Part shown: positions 43,755-54,400 of the stretch, in pieces
How the letters are laid out: every line of letters begins with the position of its first letter
Position numbering within the stretch: the first letter of the stretch is position 1
Virus record (IMG/VR): IMGVR_UViG_3300044716_001642
Span: 70,418 to 134,417 of that record
Reading direction: 5' to 3' (one strand)
Length of the DNA: 64,000 bases
From: a virus
The notes under the pieces: generated by a model
What the model was told of the DNA's origin: nothing
The model's input: the letters and a program-made list of their open reading frames with translations, nothing else
The model's database searches: none
Made by a program: the position numbers and the translations under genes

Positions 43755-46184
43755 TTATCTCGATTGCGTTGCAGGATTTGATGGATTTGAAGAATTCCTT
43801 ATTGTCGAACTGTCTTGCGCAGGGAAAACTGCTGGACGAGTTGAATAAGAATAAGACGCAGAAAAACCAGAATCTGAAATTGACATATCCAAACTTTCAA
43901 GACCAGAACCCACATTCAATGGAAGTGTATCAACAAATCCCGCGCAAGTATATGAAACTTTTTCAATATTATTATTTTGCAAATAACCTTTTCTTGTCGC
44001 TAATTCTTGCGGCGTTGGTTTTTGCTTCGATAGGTTTTCAGCAGTTGTTCTATTTTCGATTATAAGTCTAGTTTCTATAATTTTATCAGACGGAGACGAG
44101 CTTCCATCCGAAGTAAATACTATACTCTCTTGACTTGTGGCATCTGCTATCATATTTACTGAAACGTCATATTGTACCACGCCCCTATGTTGAGCATAAG
44201 AAGACGAAAGAATTTTTACAGATTTTCCATTTATAGAAATATTCGCACCAACACACGGGGTCTTAGCAAGCAATCCAGAAACCGGTTTTTTTTGTTCAAA
44301 TCCTGTTGGTTTTTTAGCCTCTTCTTGTTTTTTTGAAAGCTCCTCTTTCCCAGAAAGGCATTTTTTAGCATTTTGGTCTTCTAGTGAACACTTTGGAGGA
44401 TCTGGATCTTGATTATTTTGTATATCAATATATGTAGTTTCCCTTGCATTCGATCCAGTTGTATAGTTTGCTGAAAATTTTATTTTCGATGTAACTAGCT
44501 CGGTTCTTGGAATTATCAATATTGTATTATATTTTGACAAATCATCACTGTCCACCAGCTGACTTGAAATTAACCCCTTGCCAAATTTAGAATCAAGAAG
44601 TACTGGAATTTGCATCGGGAGTAATTTTTCTAAATTCTTATTATTATCCTCTTTTATTCCAAGTTCCTCTAATGCCTGCATACTTGTAATTTCGGGACCT
44701 GGAGCGCCTCTAGAAAAAACAGGTCTTCCATTGAAATTTCCAGACGAATCATCTTTATTGTCCATATCCTCCATTATAGAACCCTCTGGCTCAAAAGAAA
44801 TAGAAGTATTAACTATCATATTTTTACTACAAAAGACGGAACTCCCAGATCTTGTTGGAGGACATCTGTAAAAATTTCCTATTTTAGATGTAAATATATC
44901 CTGCTCCATATTTGTCCACCTATCCTCCAGTCCAGCGTCATAATTACCCATAACGGCAACATAGGAAGTATCCAAATTCTCAATTGTTTGCCCAGAAAAT
45001 TTTATCAAATCACTAACATCATCTTTCATTCCATAACTCGTCATAGACGCGGCAAGTTTATTAACAGCAAGATACTTTAAAGTTTTTCCAGAAAAACCAA
45101 TCTGACTACCCCATGCAGTTATCCAAGAATAATTATATATTTTTCTTAATGATGGTGATACATAACCTAATACCGCACTAGTTATAAATTGATTCCTAGT
45201 CCTACCACCACCATATATAGTAGTTTGATTTTCTACAAGAGACTTATCTATAAAATATTCAAGATTATATGGATTCAAATTATACGTTCCATAGTAGGTT
45301 GACCCAGTATCTGCTGATGCTGTCTTTGGAGAATAAGGTTTTGCAAAATAATTCGATGCAATTTGGTTATATTTACCCTCAGCGGACTTTGAATATTTTT
45401 TAGAAACAATTTTACTATTTGTAACACTTGGAATAGAAAAAACACTTTGTTTAGCATCAAAAAAAACTAGAGAATTACTTGAATAATTCCAATAAAAAGA
45501 ATAACCAAAATCTTGACACCAACTGTTCAAAACGGATCTTAGGGTGCCCTCGTACGTTTGTCTAATTTTATTATCACTTATTGGGCAGGTGCTAAAACCA
45601 GTCACCCCGGTAATACTTTTTAAATCATCAAACGTATAAGAACACGCCGGTAATTCGCAGTTTGTCTCTGGCGGCTCTTCAGAACCAACAATAATAATAT
45701 CACCAGTTTTACCATTAAAGCTCCTTACTTTTCTTTTAACTGTTCCATCAGTATATTTATTTTTAACAATTTTATATCCATCTCCATTATTGGCAATTGT
45801 ATAAAATTCATCTTCTGGATCAAATTTTACATCCAAGTTGGTTGTAGAACTCGATCCAGATTTACCAAATATTCCAGGTCTAAAAACAGTGACATACAAT
45901 TTATCTAAAATTACACTTTTATCTATTAAGGTTACTGTTAAAATATTACCTGAATTTGACTCTTCTATATCGTAAGAATAAACATAGCCGCTAAAATTAA
46001 AATCAGAAAAACTAATAGAAGCGTCGGCTTCTATCGACGGAGCAGTATATGTGCCCGTTTTGTTGACAATTTTATACGTAACTTTTGAAGGCTCTGAAGA
46101 ATAAGATTTCTGAAAATCTATAGAATAAACAAGTCCATTAGAAGAAAATGAAGCAGTAATTTTTGGAATTTTTTCTATAGCCAT
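43755..46184 (-). CDS. Putative tail tip/baseplate hub-like protein (809 aa)
   Basis: Position downstream of the tape measure gene; beta-rich. Confidence 0.55.
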   Translation of the reverse strand: MAIEKIPKITASFSSNGLVYSIDFQKSYSSEPSKVTYKIVNKTGTYTAPSIEADASISFSDFNFSGYVYSYDIEESNSGNILTVTLIDKSVILDKLYVTVFRPGIFGKSGSSSTTNLDVKFDPEDEFYTIANNGDGYKIVKNKYTDGTVKRKVRSFNGKTGDIIIVGSEEPPETNCELPACSYTFDDLKSITGVTGFSTCPISDNKIRQTYEGTLRSVLNSWCQDFGYSFYWNYSSNSLVFFDAKQSVFSIPSVTNSKIVSKKYSKSAEGKYNQIASNYFAKPYSPKTASADTGSTYYGTYNLNPYNLEYFIDKSLVENQTTIYGGGRTRNQFITSAVLGYVSPSLRKIYNYSWITAWGSQIGFSGKTLKYLAVNKLAASMTSYGMKDDVSDLIKFSGQTIENLDTSYVAVMGNYDAGLEDRWTNMEQDIFTSKIGNFYRCPPTRSGSSVFCSKNMIVNTSISFEPEGSIMEDMDNKDDSSGNFNGRPVFSRGAPGPEITSMQALEELGIKEDNNKNLEKLLPMQIPVLLDSKFGKGLISSQLVDSDDLSKYNTILIIPRTELVTSKIKFSANYTTGSNARETTYIDIQNNQDPDPPKCSLEDQNAKKCLSGKEELSKKQEEAKKPTGFEQKKPVSGLLAKTPCVGANISINGKSVKILSSSYAQHRGVVQYDVSVNMIADATSQESIVFTSDGSSSPSDKIIETRLIIENRTTAENLSKQKPTPQELATRKGYLQNNNIEKVSYTCAGFVDTLPLNVGSGLESLDMSISDSGFSASYSYSTRPAVFPAQDSSTIRNSSNPSNPATQSR

Positions 46185-46224
46185 AGTATTATTTTAAAAT
46201 TCAAATATTCAATATCAAATATAA

Positions 46225-48183
46225 TTATATATTCCAAAAATCACTTGAAGAAGAATAAGATAATTGATAATTTAAACTTTCTACAACCGGCGATCCGGTT
46301 AATATTTCAAATTTTGAAACCTCAATATAGTCATAATCTATCAGCTGCCTGAGTCCATTCATATAAAGCTGGGAAGAGTTATTGCAAAAATTTCCGCTAT
46401 TTAATTGAATTAAATTATTAACTCCAGTTATATAAACGCTGTTACTAGATATAAAATAATCATTCACCTTTGTCAATACAGAAGAAGCTGGAATATCAAA
46501 TTTAAATCTTAGACCAGAAAGTGTACTATTATTATAGTCTTCACCACTAAGCAATTTTACCCCATTTACAAAGTATAAATCGGGTTTTATTTGTGTTCCA
46601 AATGAAGTATAAGGAACTCCGCTTCCCCAACCCGTTTGTAAAAAATTAATTGACGGAGTGTAGTTCAAAGAACTATGATCATAAATTAAATTATCAGTAA
46701 TTTCATTATATTCATTTGATCTCACTATATTATTATCTAAAAATATATCCCCAGTTATATTGTACAAAGTTTTATACCCATCCTGATAAGAAGACCAACC
46801 ACTTTCGAATAATAATTGACCATTATTAAAAAACATATTTTGACCAGATCCAGTATCCGACTGCGGTATCTTGTATTCAAAAATCGCAGAATCATAACTT
46901 GGTTCTAAGTTAATATTTTTATAAAAAGATCCAGTATAAAAAAATGCTTCAAAATAATCACCAGAAGAACGATTATTAAAAGAATAAACCCCATTAAAAC
47001 CCAGCGACGAAATAAATCCAGAATCCACGTATAACGAGTCTGGATAATACCCGGTTGATAAAGAACAAACCGAAACATCAATAGGAACAAAAACCTCACC
47101 AGTCAATATGCCTATTAATTCTGTATTTGTATAGTTTGTTGTAATAACTGGATACAATCCGGTATATATTCCAGTTACTCCAGATACATAAATATTTCCC
47201 GTCAGCGGTGATCTAGCATAAACCGGATTTACAAACCCGCAATCATCTCTAACATTTCCTATCAATTTGTTTTCAAATCCAGTTATTCCAGTTCCAACAT
47301 AATAATTATAACCACTGTCAAAATATCCAAATGGTACATTCTGAATAGAATCAGTTTTTTCCGTTACGTATCCAGTAACAAAAGTTCCCAGAATAACCCC
47401 GCTACCACTTAATGTAGAAACATTTTCGCAAATATAATTAATACCACTTACGCCGCCAGAAACCATATTTGAATAAAATCCGCTATATAAACTTGAAAAA
47501 TAATCCTGAGGAACATAACCAGTCAAACAATAAAAGTCATCAATATGTCCGCTAAAATTTCTACCATTCGACCAATTTAAATTACTTCCAGAGGCTATAT
47601 GAAAAAAATCCGAATGCTTATATGTACTTTGATCACAAGAAGTTGACGAAAAATCTAAATAAGACTCAATTGGATCAAAAATTCCCAACTTAAACTCTCC
47701 AAATGATTTATTAAAAAATACTAAATTTTTTGATGATATAACCTTATCATAATTTAAAAAAAACCTTCCCTCTACTGGATTCCAATATTCCATGTATAAT
47801 TTATTGGCATCATTTATACCAACGGTTAATCCAGAGGAAGTTAAAAAATTATTGCCCGCAGCCGAACTCAAAAGCACCTCTTGACCGCTTCTTTGTTTTT
47901 CATAACAAAAAAGAAAAGAAAAATTATCCTCTGGAACTTTTCCCAAAATTGAAACCGAATTTGATCCATTAAAAAAACCACTACCATTATCTTTATAAAA
48001 ATTACCTCTATTTCCGTTGATTATTCCACTGCTAATTTTTCCAGTAATCCAAGAAGGATTATTTAAATACGAATTTACAAAAGCCGAACCAGATACAAAA
48101 TCATACGCAGCAAAAATAGATGAATGACTCATCTCTAAATTTTCCAAATAATACTTAAAACCAGAAGAATTTACTAAAGACAT
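46225..48183 (-). CDS. Putative tail protein with a LamG/concanavalin-like N-terminal domain (652 aa)
   Basis: GSGFFNGSNSVSI...FSFLFCYE...FSGHIDDFYC pattern; TG/SG-rich middle. Confidence 0.6.
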   Translation of the reverse strand: MSLVNSSGFKYYLENLEMSHSSIFAAYDFVSGSAFVNSYLNNPSWITGKISSGIINGNRGNFYKDNGSGFFNGSNSVSILGKVPEDNFSFLFCYEKQRSGQEVLLSSAAGNNFLTSSGLTVGINDANKLYMEYWNPVEGRFFLNYDKVISSKNLVFFNKSFGEFKLGIFDPIESYLDFSSTSCDQSTYKHSDFFHIASGSNLNWSNGRNFSGHIDDFYCLTGYVPQDYFSSLYSGFYSNMVSGGVSGINYICENVSTLSGSGVILGTFVTGYVTEKTDSIQNVPFGYFDSGYNYYVGTGITGFENKLIGNVRDDCGFVNPVYARSPLTGNIYVSGVTGIYTGLYPVITTNYTNTELIGILTGEVFVPIDVSVCSLSTGYYPDSLYVDSGFISSLGFNGVYSFNNRSSGDYFEAFFYTGSFYKNINLEPSYDSAIFEYKIPQSDTGSGQNMFFNNGQLLFESGWSSYQDGYKTLYNITGDIFLDNNIVRSNEYNEITDNLIYDHSSLNYTPSINFLQTGWGSGVPYTSFGTQIKPDLYFVNGVKLLSGEDYNNSTLSGLRFKFDIPASSVLTKVNDYFISSNSVYITGVNNLIQLNSGNFCNNSSQLYMNGLRQLIDYDYIEVSKFEILTGSPVVESLNYQLSYSSSSDFWNI

Positions 48184-48184
48184 A

Positions 48185-49807
48185 TTAAGTTACGATTGTT
48201 CCGTCAAAAGAGTACAAGTAACTAATTGACATTTTTTTATATTTTTCATTCACAGTTTCGCTTTTTTGATCAACAATAAAATTGTTTAATTTTACGTATA
48301 AACTTCTTAACCTAGAAAGCTCAGCAAACACACAATCTTTTAATTGTTGAATTGTCTTATCTGGCTTTGCAGTTGCGCTAATTGATATTGAAACTGAAGC
48401 CCTTGAAGCACATCCAAAATCTTGAACATTATGAACAGCATTGCTGTATAAAGATGGCTGTATCGTATAAGTTTTTAATGAAGGAGTTACTTCAACCTGC
48501 TCGCTTATTGAAGTTAAAATATCAGAATAGGGCATATATTTATCACTCCAAGCAGCTGAATAAGTAATCTTACTATTGAATTCATCATAGTTAATAGATT
48601 CAGTTCTCGGGGTTGAATTAAAACCTTTAGTATATCCTGCTCTTTTATATTCTTTTAAAGCTATGTCATACCCATCAAATCTGGTTTCATAATAATTTTT
48701 TACGGCAGTCCATCTAATTGAAGCATCCCCACGGTCGCATAAAATTTCTGCATCCAACTTAACATCAACTATATTTTTTATTAAATTTTCAGATAAATCA
48801 ACTTTGTAAACACATTTCGCCTGACCTGGCGCAACTGGATTATCGTCATAGCTTAAAGAAAAAGCAATTTCTGAATTATCCCTGTTCTCTGTTATAGTTC
48901 TAGAAAAGGGAGTTGAATTAAGTTTATTTGAACCAGTTGATTTATTGGCATAATCAGCCGCATATTGAAAAAAATTTTCTGCATTTATCTTCGCTCTCAG
49001 CAAAGCCATATCAGCCTCACCGATATTTTTTTTCCCAGCCGCCGAACCATCTATCACAACCTTTGTTATACCATCGTCTATATTTTTTGAAATATCGGCT
49101 GCGTATCTTAAAATCCCGACGCCAGCATTATTAGAACTTAATAAATCCCCCCTATAAACTTCTTCAATTGTGTATTTCCCATTAAATCTATCCACCTGTT
49201 CCGAAAAAGATTCCAAAATAAAATCCGTGGCTGGTAAATTTTTAATTTTCAAAGAATCTATTTTTTTACCAATTCCAGTTTTAGTTGCAGCCCATTTTTT
49301 AACATTCGCAATGGCAGAAATACCAGAGGAATTAAATCCGGCTGCCGAAACAGAATGTCTCAAAGATACTATTCCATCCTCCGACTCAGAATAATCCCAA
49401 GAATCTTGCGGCTCCAAAACTCCATAATTTCCACCGAAAGTCCCGCTATCATAGCAAGAGGCTTTAATATTAAAAGGTAAAACCGCATAATATTTTGATT
49501 GATCAAATGATATAGAATCAATAGAGCAAATATCTGAAAGAAAAATCTGCGACGAATCTTCAGTAATCCTTATTGGCAGGTTGTCTTTTTTAAAATTTAA
49601 TATCAGCTGATTTTTTTTATTTTCAAGATCGTAGAAAGAATTAGGACCAAGCTTCCCAGTAATTTGACCCTCTATAGAAAAATTATATTTAGAACCCCAA
49701 TTCGAGCCATATTCAATATATTCTTTATCAAAATACAAAAAAGGAGTGGGACATATTCCAGAGAATACATCATTTCCACCATATAATATTTTAACATTTC
49801 CTTGCAT
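48185..49807 (-). CDS. Putative tail protein (540 aa), paralog-like to 49844..51487
   Basis: Tail operon context; repeated beta-strand modules. Confidence 0.65.
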   Translation of the reverse strand: MQGNVKILYGGNDVFSGICPTPFLYFDKEYIEYGSNWGSKYNFSIEGQITGKLGPNSFYDLENKKNQLILNFKKDNLPIRITEDSSQIFLSDICSIDSISFDQSKYYAVLPFNIKASCYDSGTFGGNYGVLEPQDSWDYSESEDGIVSLRHSVSAAGFNSSGISAIANVKKWAATKTGIGKKIDSLKIKNLPATDFILESFSEQVDRFNGKYTIEEVYRGDLLSSNNAGVGILRYAADISKNIDDGITKVVIDGSAAGKKNIGEADMALLRAKINAENFFQYAADYANKSTGSNKLNSTPFSRTITENRDNSEIAFSLSYDDNPVAPGQAKCVYKVDLSENLIKNIVDVKLDAEILCDRGDASIRWTAVKNYYETRFDGYDIALKEYKRAGYTKGFNSTPRTESINYDEFNSKITYSAAWSDKYMPYSDILTSISEQVEVTPSLKTYTIQPSLYSNAVHNVQDFGCASRASVSISISATAKPDKTIQQLKDCVFAELSRLRSLYVKLNNFIVDQKSETVNEKYKKMSISYLYSFDGTIVT

Positions 49808-49843
49808 CCTTTTAAACCTCTTACTACCTGTATAAAATTACAC

Positions 49844-51487
49844 TTAACTACTAGATGCAGCTTCAGAATATTTATACTTGGCATTAAAATTAACATTTTG
49901 TTCAATTTCGTCAGACGAAAAAGAAAAAGACTCTAAATACATATCAGTTCCGGTGCCTTTATTATCATTTGCAATACCAGTGCAGCTTGCAAAATAAGCG
50001 TTTCCACTAAACGGAAGAGTAAGGCTAGATATCTCAAGGTTGCCTTTAACGTCTCTTTCCCCCTGCTTTGATTGATTAGCTATTTGAGCAATTGCATAAG
50101 TTGTAACACCACCAGGTATTAAAAAATCATTATGTATTCTAACCGCCTTAGAATCATTTATTTCTATTATTTTTCTTCTAATTTCACTAGACATATCTAG
50201 CGTCAAGTCATCCGTAGTTGACCAACTATATGATACAATCCCGTCGTACGGCTGATACCCCAAATTTCTAGTTATTAATTTTAAGGTTGCGCCAGCAGGC
50301 TTAGGACTTGCTCCAGCATAAAACGCCGTTAATCTAGTCAAAATTCCAGTTTTTTCAGTGTTGTAACCAGCAATTGCTTTATTAAATTTAGCTTCTGAAC
50401 CAATAACATCATTTCCACTAACCGACCCAGCTTCAACAGCTTCCCAAATTCCATCTTCTGATCTAGACAGGTCTAAAGTATACTCAAAATTATAATCCCC
50501 CTTTCTTCTTTTATCATTTGTGAAAGAAACATTATACTCTATCTCTCCAGTAAATTTATTTCTTTTGACCCCTCTTTCCAATTCTTTATTTATGAGATTA
50601 TTTTGTATTCCAAAAGAGGCTTTATAGACATTAAAAACCGCCAAACACCTAGAAAAAACACCAGCAATTTCAGATTGAAACCCAGTTTCAGCAGAGTCAA
50701 ACAGCGTTGGACTCAAACACTCACCCTTAATTGAATTTGATTCAGTTACGTTGGTGATACCATCTTCGCCGAAAGTTAAATTTATTGAGCGTTTTTTTGA
50801 GAAACAACTTGTTGAATTTACAAATGAAAAACTTCTTTTAAAACCACAAGCGCCATTTATTAAATCATAATTTTCAGAATAATAATCTTTTCTTGTTGAC
50901 TCTGGAGGTTTAGAATAAGTTATTTCAGATAATTTTTCAAGAAATGTTTTCGAGAAAAGAACAGAAGCTAAATTTTTCGCAAAAGAAATCTTATCTTCAC
51001 CAGGAAAAAGAGTTGACAATCTAATATCAATAGAATGAGTTCCAGATACAGAATTGTCACTGGAAGAATAATCGCACGAATAAGATTCAGTAAATTCTTC
51101 TAAATACTCTGCTAAAGATTTAATGCTGGATATTATGTTTCCATCAAACTCATCTCCGCTGAAAGAAGCCAAATCTCCCTCTTGAACTATTTCTATTGAA
51201 ACATTATATTCAGTTACTTTTACCCAATTTCCAGAGTCAAAAGAAACATCTGTAATCTTACCCATTCCGTAATTGACACTATTCACAATTATTTCCTGAT
51301 AAGAACCAAGAGAGTCGGACAAACTTTTACAAGCTTGAAAGATATCTTTAACTCCAGAAGTATTTTTTAAATCAAGAATATATCCATTGATTGAGAATGA
51401 AACTGTAGAACCATATTTAAAACCATTATTTCCCCAAAAATTATTTTTGTGGTCATAAGTCAGCAATTTTACATTTTGAAAATCCAT
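49844..51487 (-). CDS. Putative tail protein (547 aa), directly after the tape measure gene
   Basis: Distal-tail position; similar architecture to 48185..49807. Confidence 0.65.
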   Translation of the reverse strand: MDFQNVKLLTYDHKNNFWGNNGFKYGSTVSFSINGYILDLKNTSGVKDIFQACKSLSDSLGSYQEIIVNSVNYGMGKITDVSFDSGNWVKVTEYNVSIEIVQEGDLASFSGDEFDGNIISSIKSLAEYLEEFTESYSCDYSSSDNSVSGTHSIDIRLSTLFPGEDKISFAKNLASVLFSKTFLEKLSEITYSKPPESTRKDYYSENYDLINGACGFKRSFSFVNSTSCFSKKRSINLTFGEDGITNVTESNSIKGECLSPTLFDSAETGFQSEIAGVFSRCLAVFNVYKASFGIQNNLINKELERGVKRNKFTGEIEYNVSFTNDKRRKGDYNFEYTLDLSRSEDGIWEAVEAGSVSGNDVIGSEAKFNKAIAGYNTEKTGILTRLTAFYAGASPKPAGATLKLITRNLGYQPYDGIVSYSWSTTDDLTLDMSSEIRRKIIEINDSKAVRIHNDFLIPGGVTTYAIAQIANQSKQGERDVKGNLEISSLTLPFSGNAYFASCTGIANDNKGTGTDMYLESFSFSSDEIEQNVNFNAKYKYSEAASSS

Positions 51488-51493
51488 AAAACG

Positions 51494-54400
51494 TTATACC
51501 ATTTGTTTTGGAGGTTGCTTGTCACCAGTTGCCTGTTTTGCAATTGTAGTGACTCTCTCAATGAATTCTGCAGAGGATAAAAATGCTGTTAAATCAGTTT
51601 TAATTTTATCAGCCACATTTGTTACCTCGGTTTTATTTTCACCAGCAGTTGAGTTTATTGAAAGGTTTACTGGAGCGCTTACGCTAACTGGTGCATTTCC
51701 ACTGCCGGTTCCAGAAATAGCTCCAGGTTGCGCGCCAGCCGCCTTTTGTTCAAAATCAGTTGCTATTTTTTGCACAACCTGTAGAATATTAGAAATTAAT
51801 TGAGCAGTATTTTCTGGTGTATTTTGCTGTGGAGCGGGCTGAGGTTTTCCATTTTTATTATCGTTTTGGGTAGGCGTAGGAGCAGAAGGTGGTATCGCCG
51901 AAGATGCAGGAAGAGTCTGTTTAGTATTGCTATTTAAATTATCAGAGGCAGCATTTGGAGCGGTAGTACTATCATCGGCTAAAGTATAAGTAGTCTGTAA
52001 TTTTTTTAAAGCCATGTACTTCTTATTAAATTCGTCCTGCTGATCTTGAGATTCAAATCCAGTTCTAGGATCAAATGTTACATTTCCTTCTTTATCAAAT
52101 TTAGTATATTGATCCATGAAACTATTAATTTCATCATTTTTAAATTTTTGAAGTATCTTTGCTTTATTTGCTGAGTCACTGGCTTGAGATATTGCCCTAG
52201 ATGCTGGCGTGGTAGTTGCGGGAGTAGGTTGAGTAGCATCAACAATCGGTTGAATAAGTGTAGCAGCTGGCTGAGTAGCTAAAGGAATACCAGATTTATT
52301 TTTTCCATCAACAGATTTTTCAAATTTTGTTCTCTGCTCTGGAGTAATTTGTTTTGTTATTTTTTGCTTTTCTCCCTCTATTACCCCCCTTTCAGATTCT
52401 AACCTTTTAATTTCATTCTGAATATTTTCAGAACCCTTCTGAGCTTTTTCTCTTCTAGCTAATTCATTAGCGATTAATTTTTTTCTATCATATTCATTTC
52501 CAACATACTCTCTCTGTCTCTCGTCAAATGAACCAGTTTTTCCATATTTATTTTTATATTCAGATTGAGACACCATATACCCACTTGCTTTTAAATTTTT
52601 ATCTATATACTCATCTCTAGTTGCATTAGATGTCTCTGCATATATTTTATTTAAATCTTGTCCAGTTCCCACCGCCTCATCAATCGCCGCAACCGCAGCG
52701 GGATTCGAATATTTACCACCAGGGAAAAAATTTTCAGGACTTGAATCCGCCCCCTGTTGTTTTAATTTTTCTATTTTGGCGTCAATATTGCTGCTTTGTC
52801 CAGCAAGAGATTCTTCTGTATCTAGCAGTTGTCCAATCTTTAAATTTTCTTCTTCGTTTTTAAATTTTTCAATTGCCGCCCCTATAGAAGAACTAATTGA
52901 AGCCCCGATTGATGTAGTAAGACTATCAGATTGACCCAGTATACTTTCATTTATAGTTGATAAAAGATCAGTTTGTTTAGTGCTTTGAGTCAATTGCAAT
53001 ATTCCAAGACCTTTGTCTGGTGCCATTTTTTCATAAGCTGCCTTCATTTCAGCCAAGTTTTGTTTTTCTTGACCAGAAGCGCCTTTTTTAGGCGCGAAAG
53101 CCGCATTAGCATAACTTTCTAATTGTTTTTCTACAATATTGCCCTTTAAAGTTTCAGGAACGCCAAGCTCTTTGTTTACTCTTGACTTCGCGTACACTTC
53201 AGAAGCCCGAACTTTCCCCCTATCTTTTTCTGGAATAATTGAGTTGAACTGACTTATTGCCCTTTCCGCCTCCACATTCTTTTTTTGACCGAATGAAGGT
53301 TTAAATGTTTTATTTTTTACATCCTCTTCGTACCCGAATTCAGCCATCTTTTCATTCATTATTTTTTGATATTCATCCGCAAGTGTCTGAGTTGCAGCCG
53401 AAACCTTTTTATTATCCAGTGCCATAATTGGAGCACCAAATGCTTCATTAGTAGCCTTTGCATTTTGAATAATTTGATTAGAAATGTCAGCATTTGGTTT
53501 TTCCCACTTACCAGGACTTGTTTGGAAAAAATATTCGCCATTTTTACTTTTACTAACATTGCTATTATTTTTAGAAGATTGACCAGCTATGTTCATTGCC
53601 GATTGCGTTTCTCTGATTGTATTTACAACATCAACATTCCCAGTAAGTACATCTTGCGACGAAGCTCCCCCTAAAAAATTTTGAGCCTCAGTCAATTTAA
53701 CTAAAGCCTCTTGATAAGCATTACTTTGAGCCAAAAGAGCCAATTGCTTTTCTTGATCTCTATTGCCCTTTTGCAAATTTTGATCAAGTTTTGAAAATCC
53801 GCTTTTACTAGTATTATCTAGCTTGTCTATTTCTGTTAGAGTAATATTAGATTCCTGAACACCACCCTTCTTAAATTCTGCCGTGATAGATGAAAGAGCA
53901 TCTTGGAATTTTGCGATATCTCCACTTTTATAAAAATCAGTTTGAGCAGCTTGCACATTCCCCTGTAATTGTAATTTTTTACTTTTAAAATCTTGCTCAG
54001 CCTGCGCAAGAGCGTCACCAGCAAGGCCAGAATCATTAAGCTGTAATGCCTGAATAACAGAAGAAAATTCTTCAGCAATATTTTTACCAGACTCAGCTAA
54101 AATATTAGTTCTTTCAATTTGTCCCTGATTTTTAATAGCCGTAATCTCGGCTGCCAACTTTTCAGACTTACCAGCCCTTCCAGCTCCAGCTTGATCAAAA
54201 AAACTCGACCTGAAGTCTCCGCGTTTTTGTTCAAATTCTGCTTTAAATTTTAAACTATCAATGAAGCTATCAATGGCGACCTGAGTTCTATTAGACGCAT
54301 CCTCTAAACCAGATGATAAGTTTAATAATATTTGATTATTTTTATCAAGTAAATCTTTCCTGGCTCTTTCCGCTGCCGCTGCTCTTTTTTGATTTTCCTG

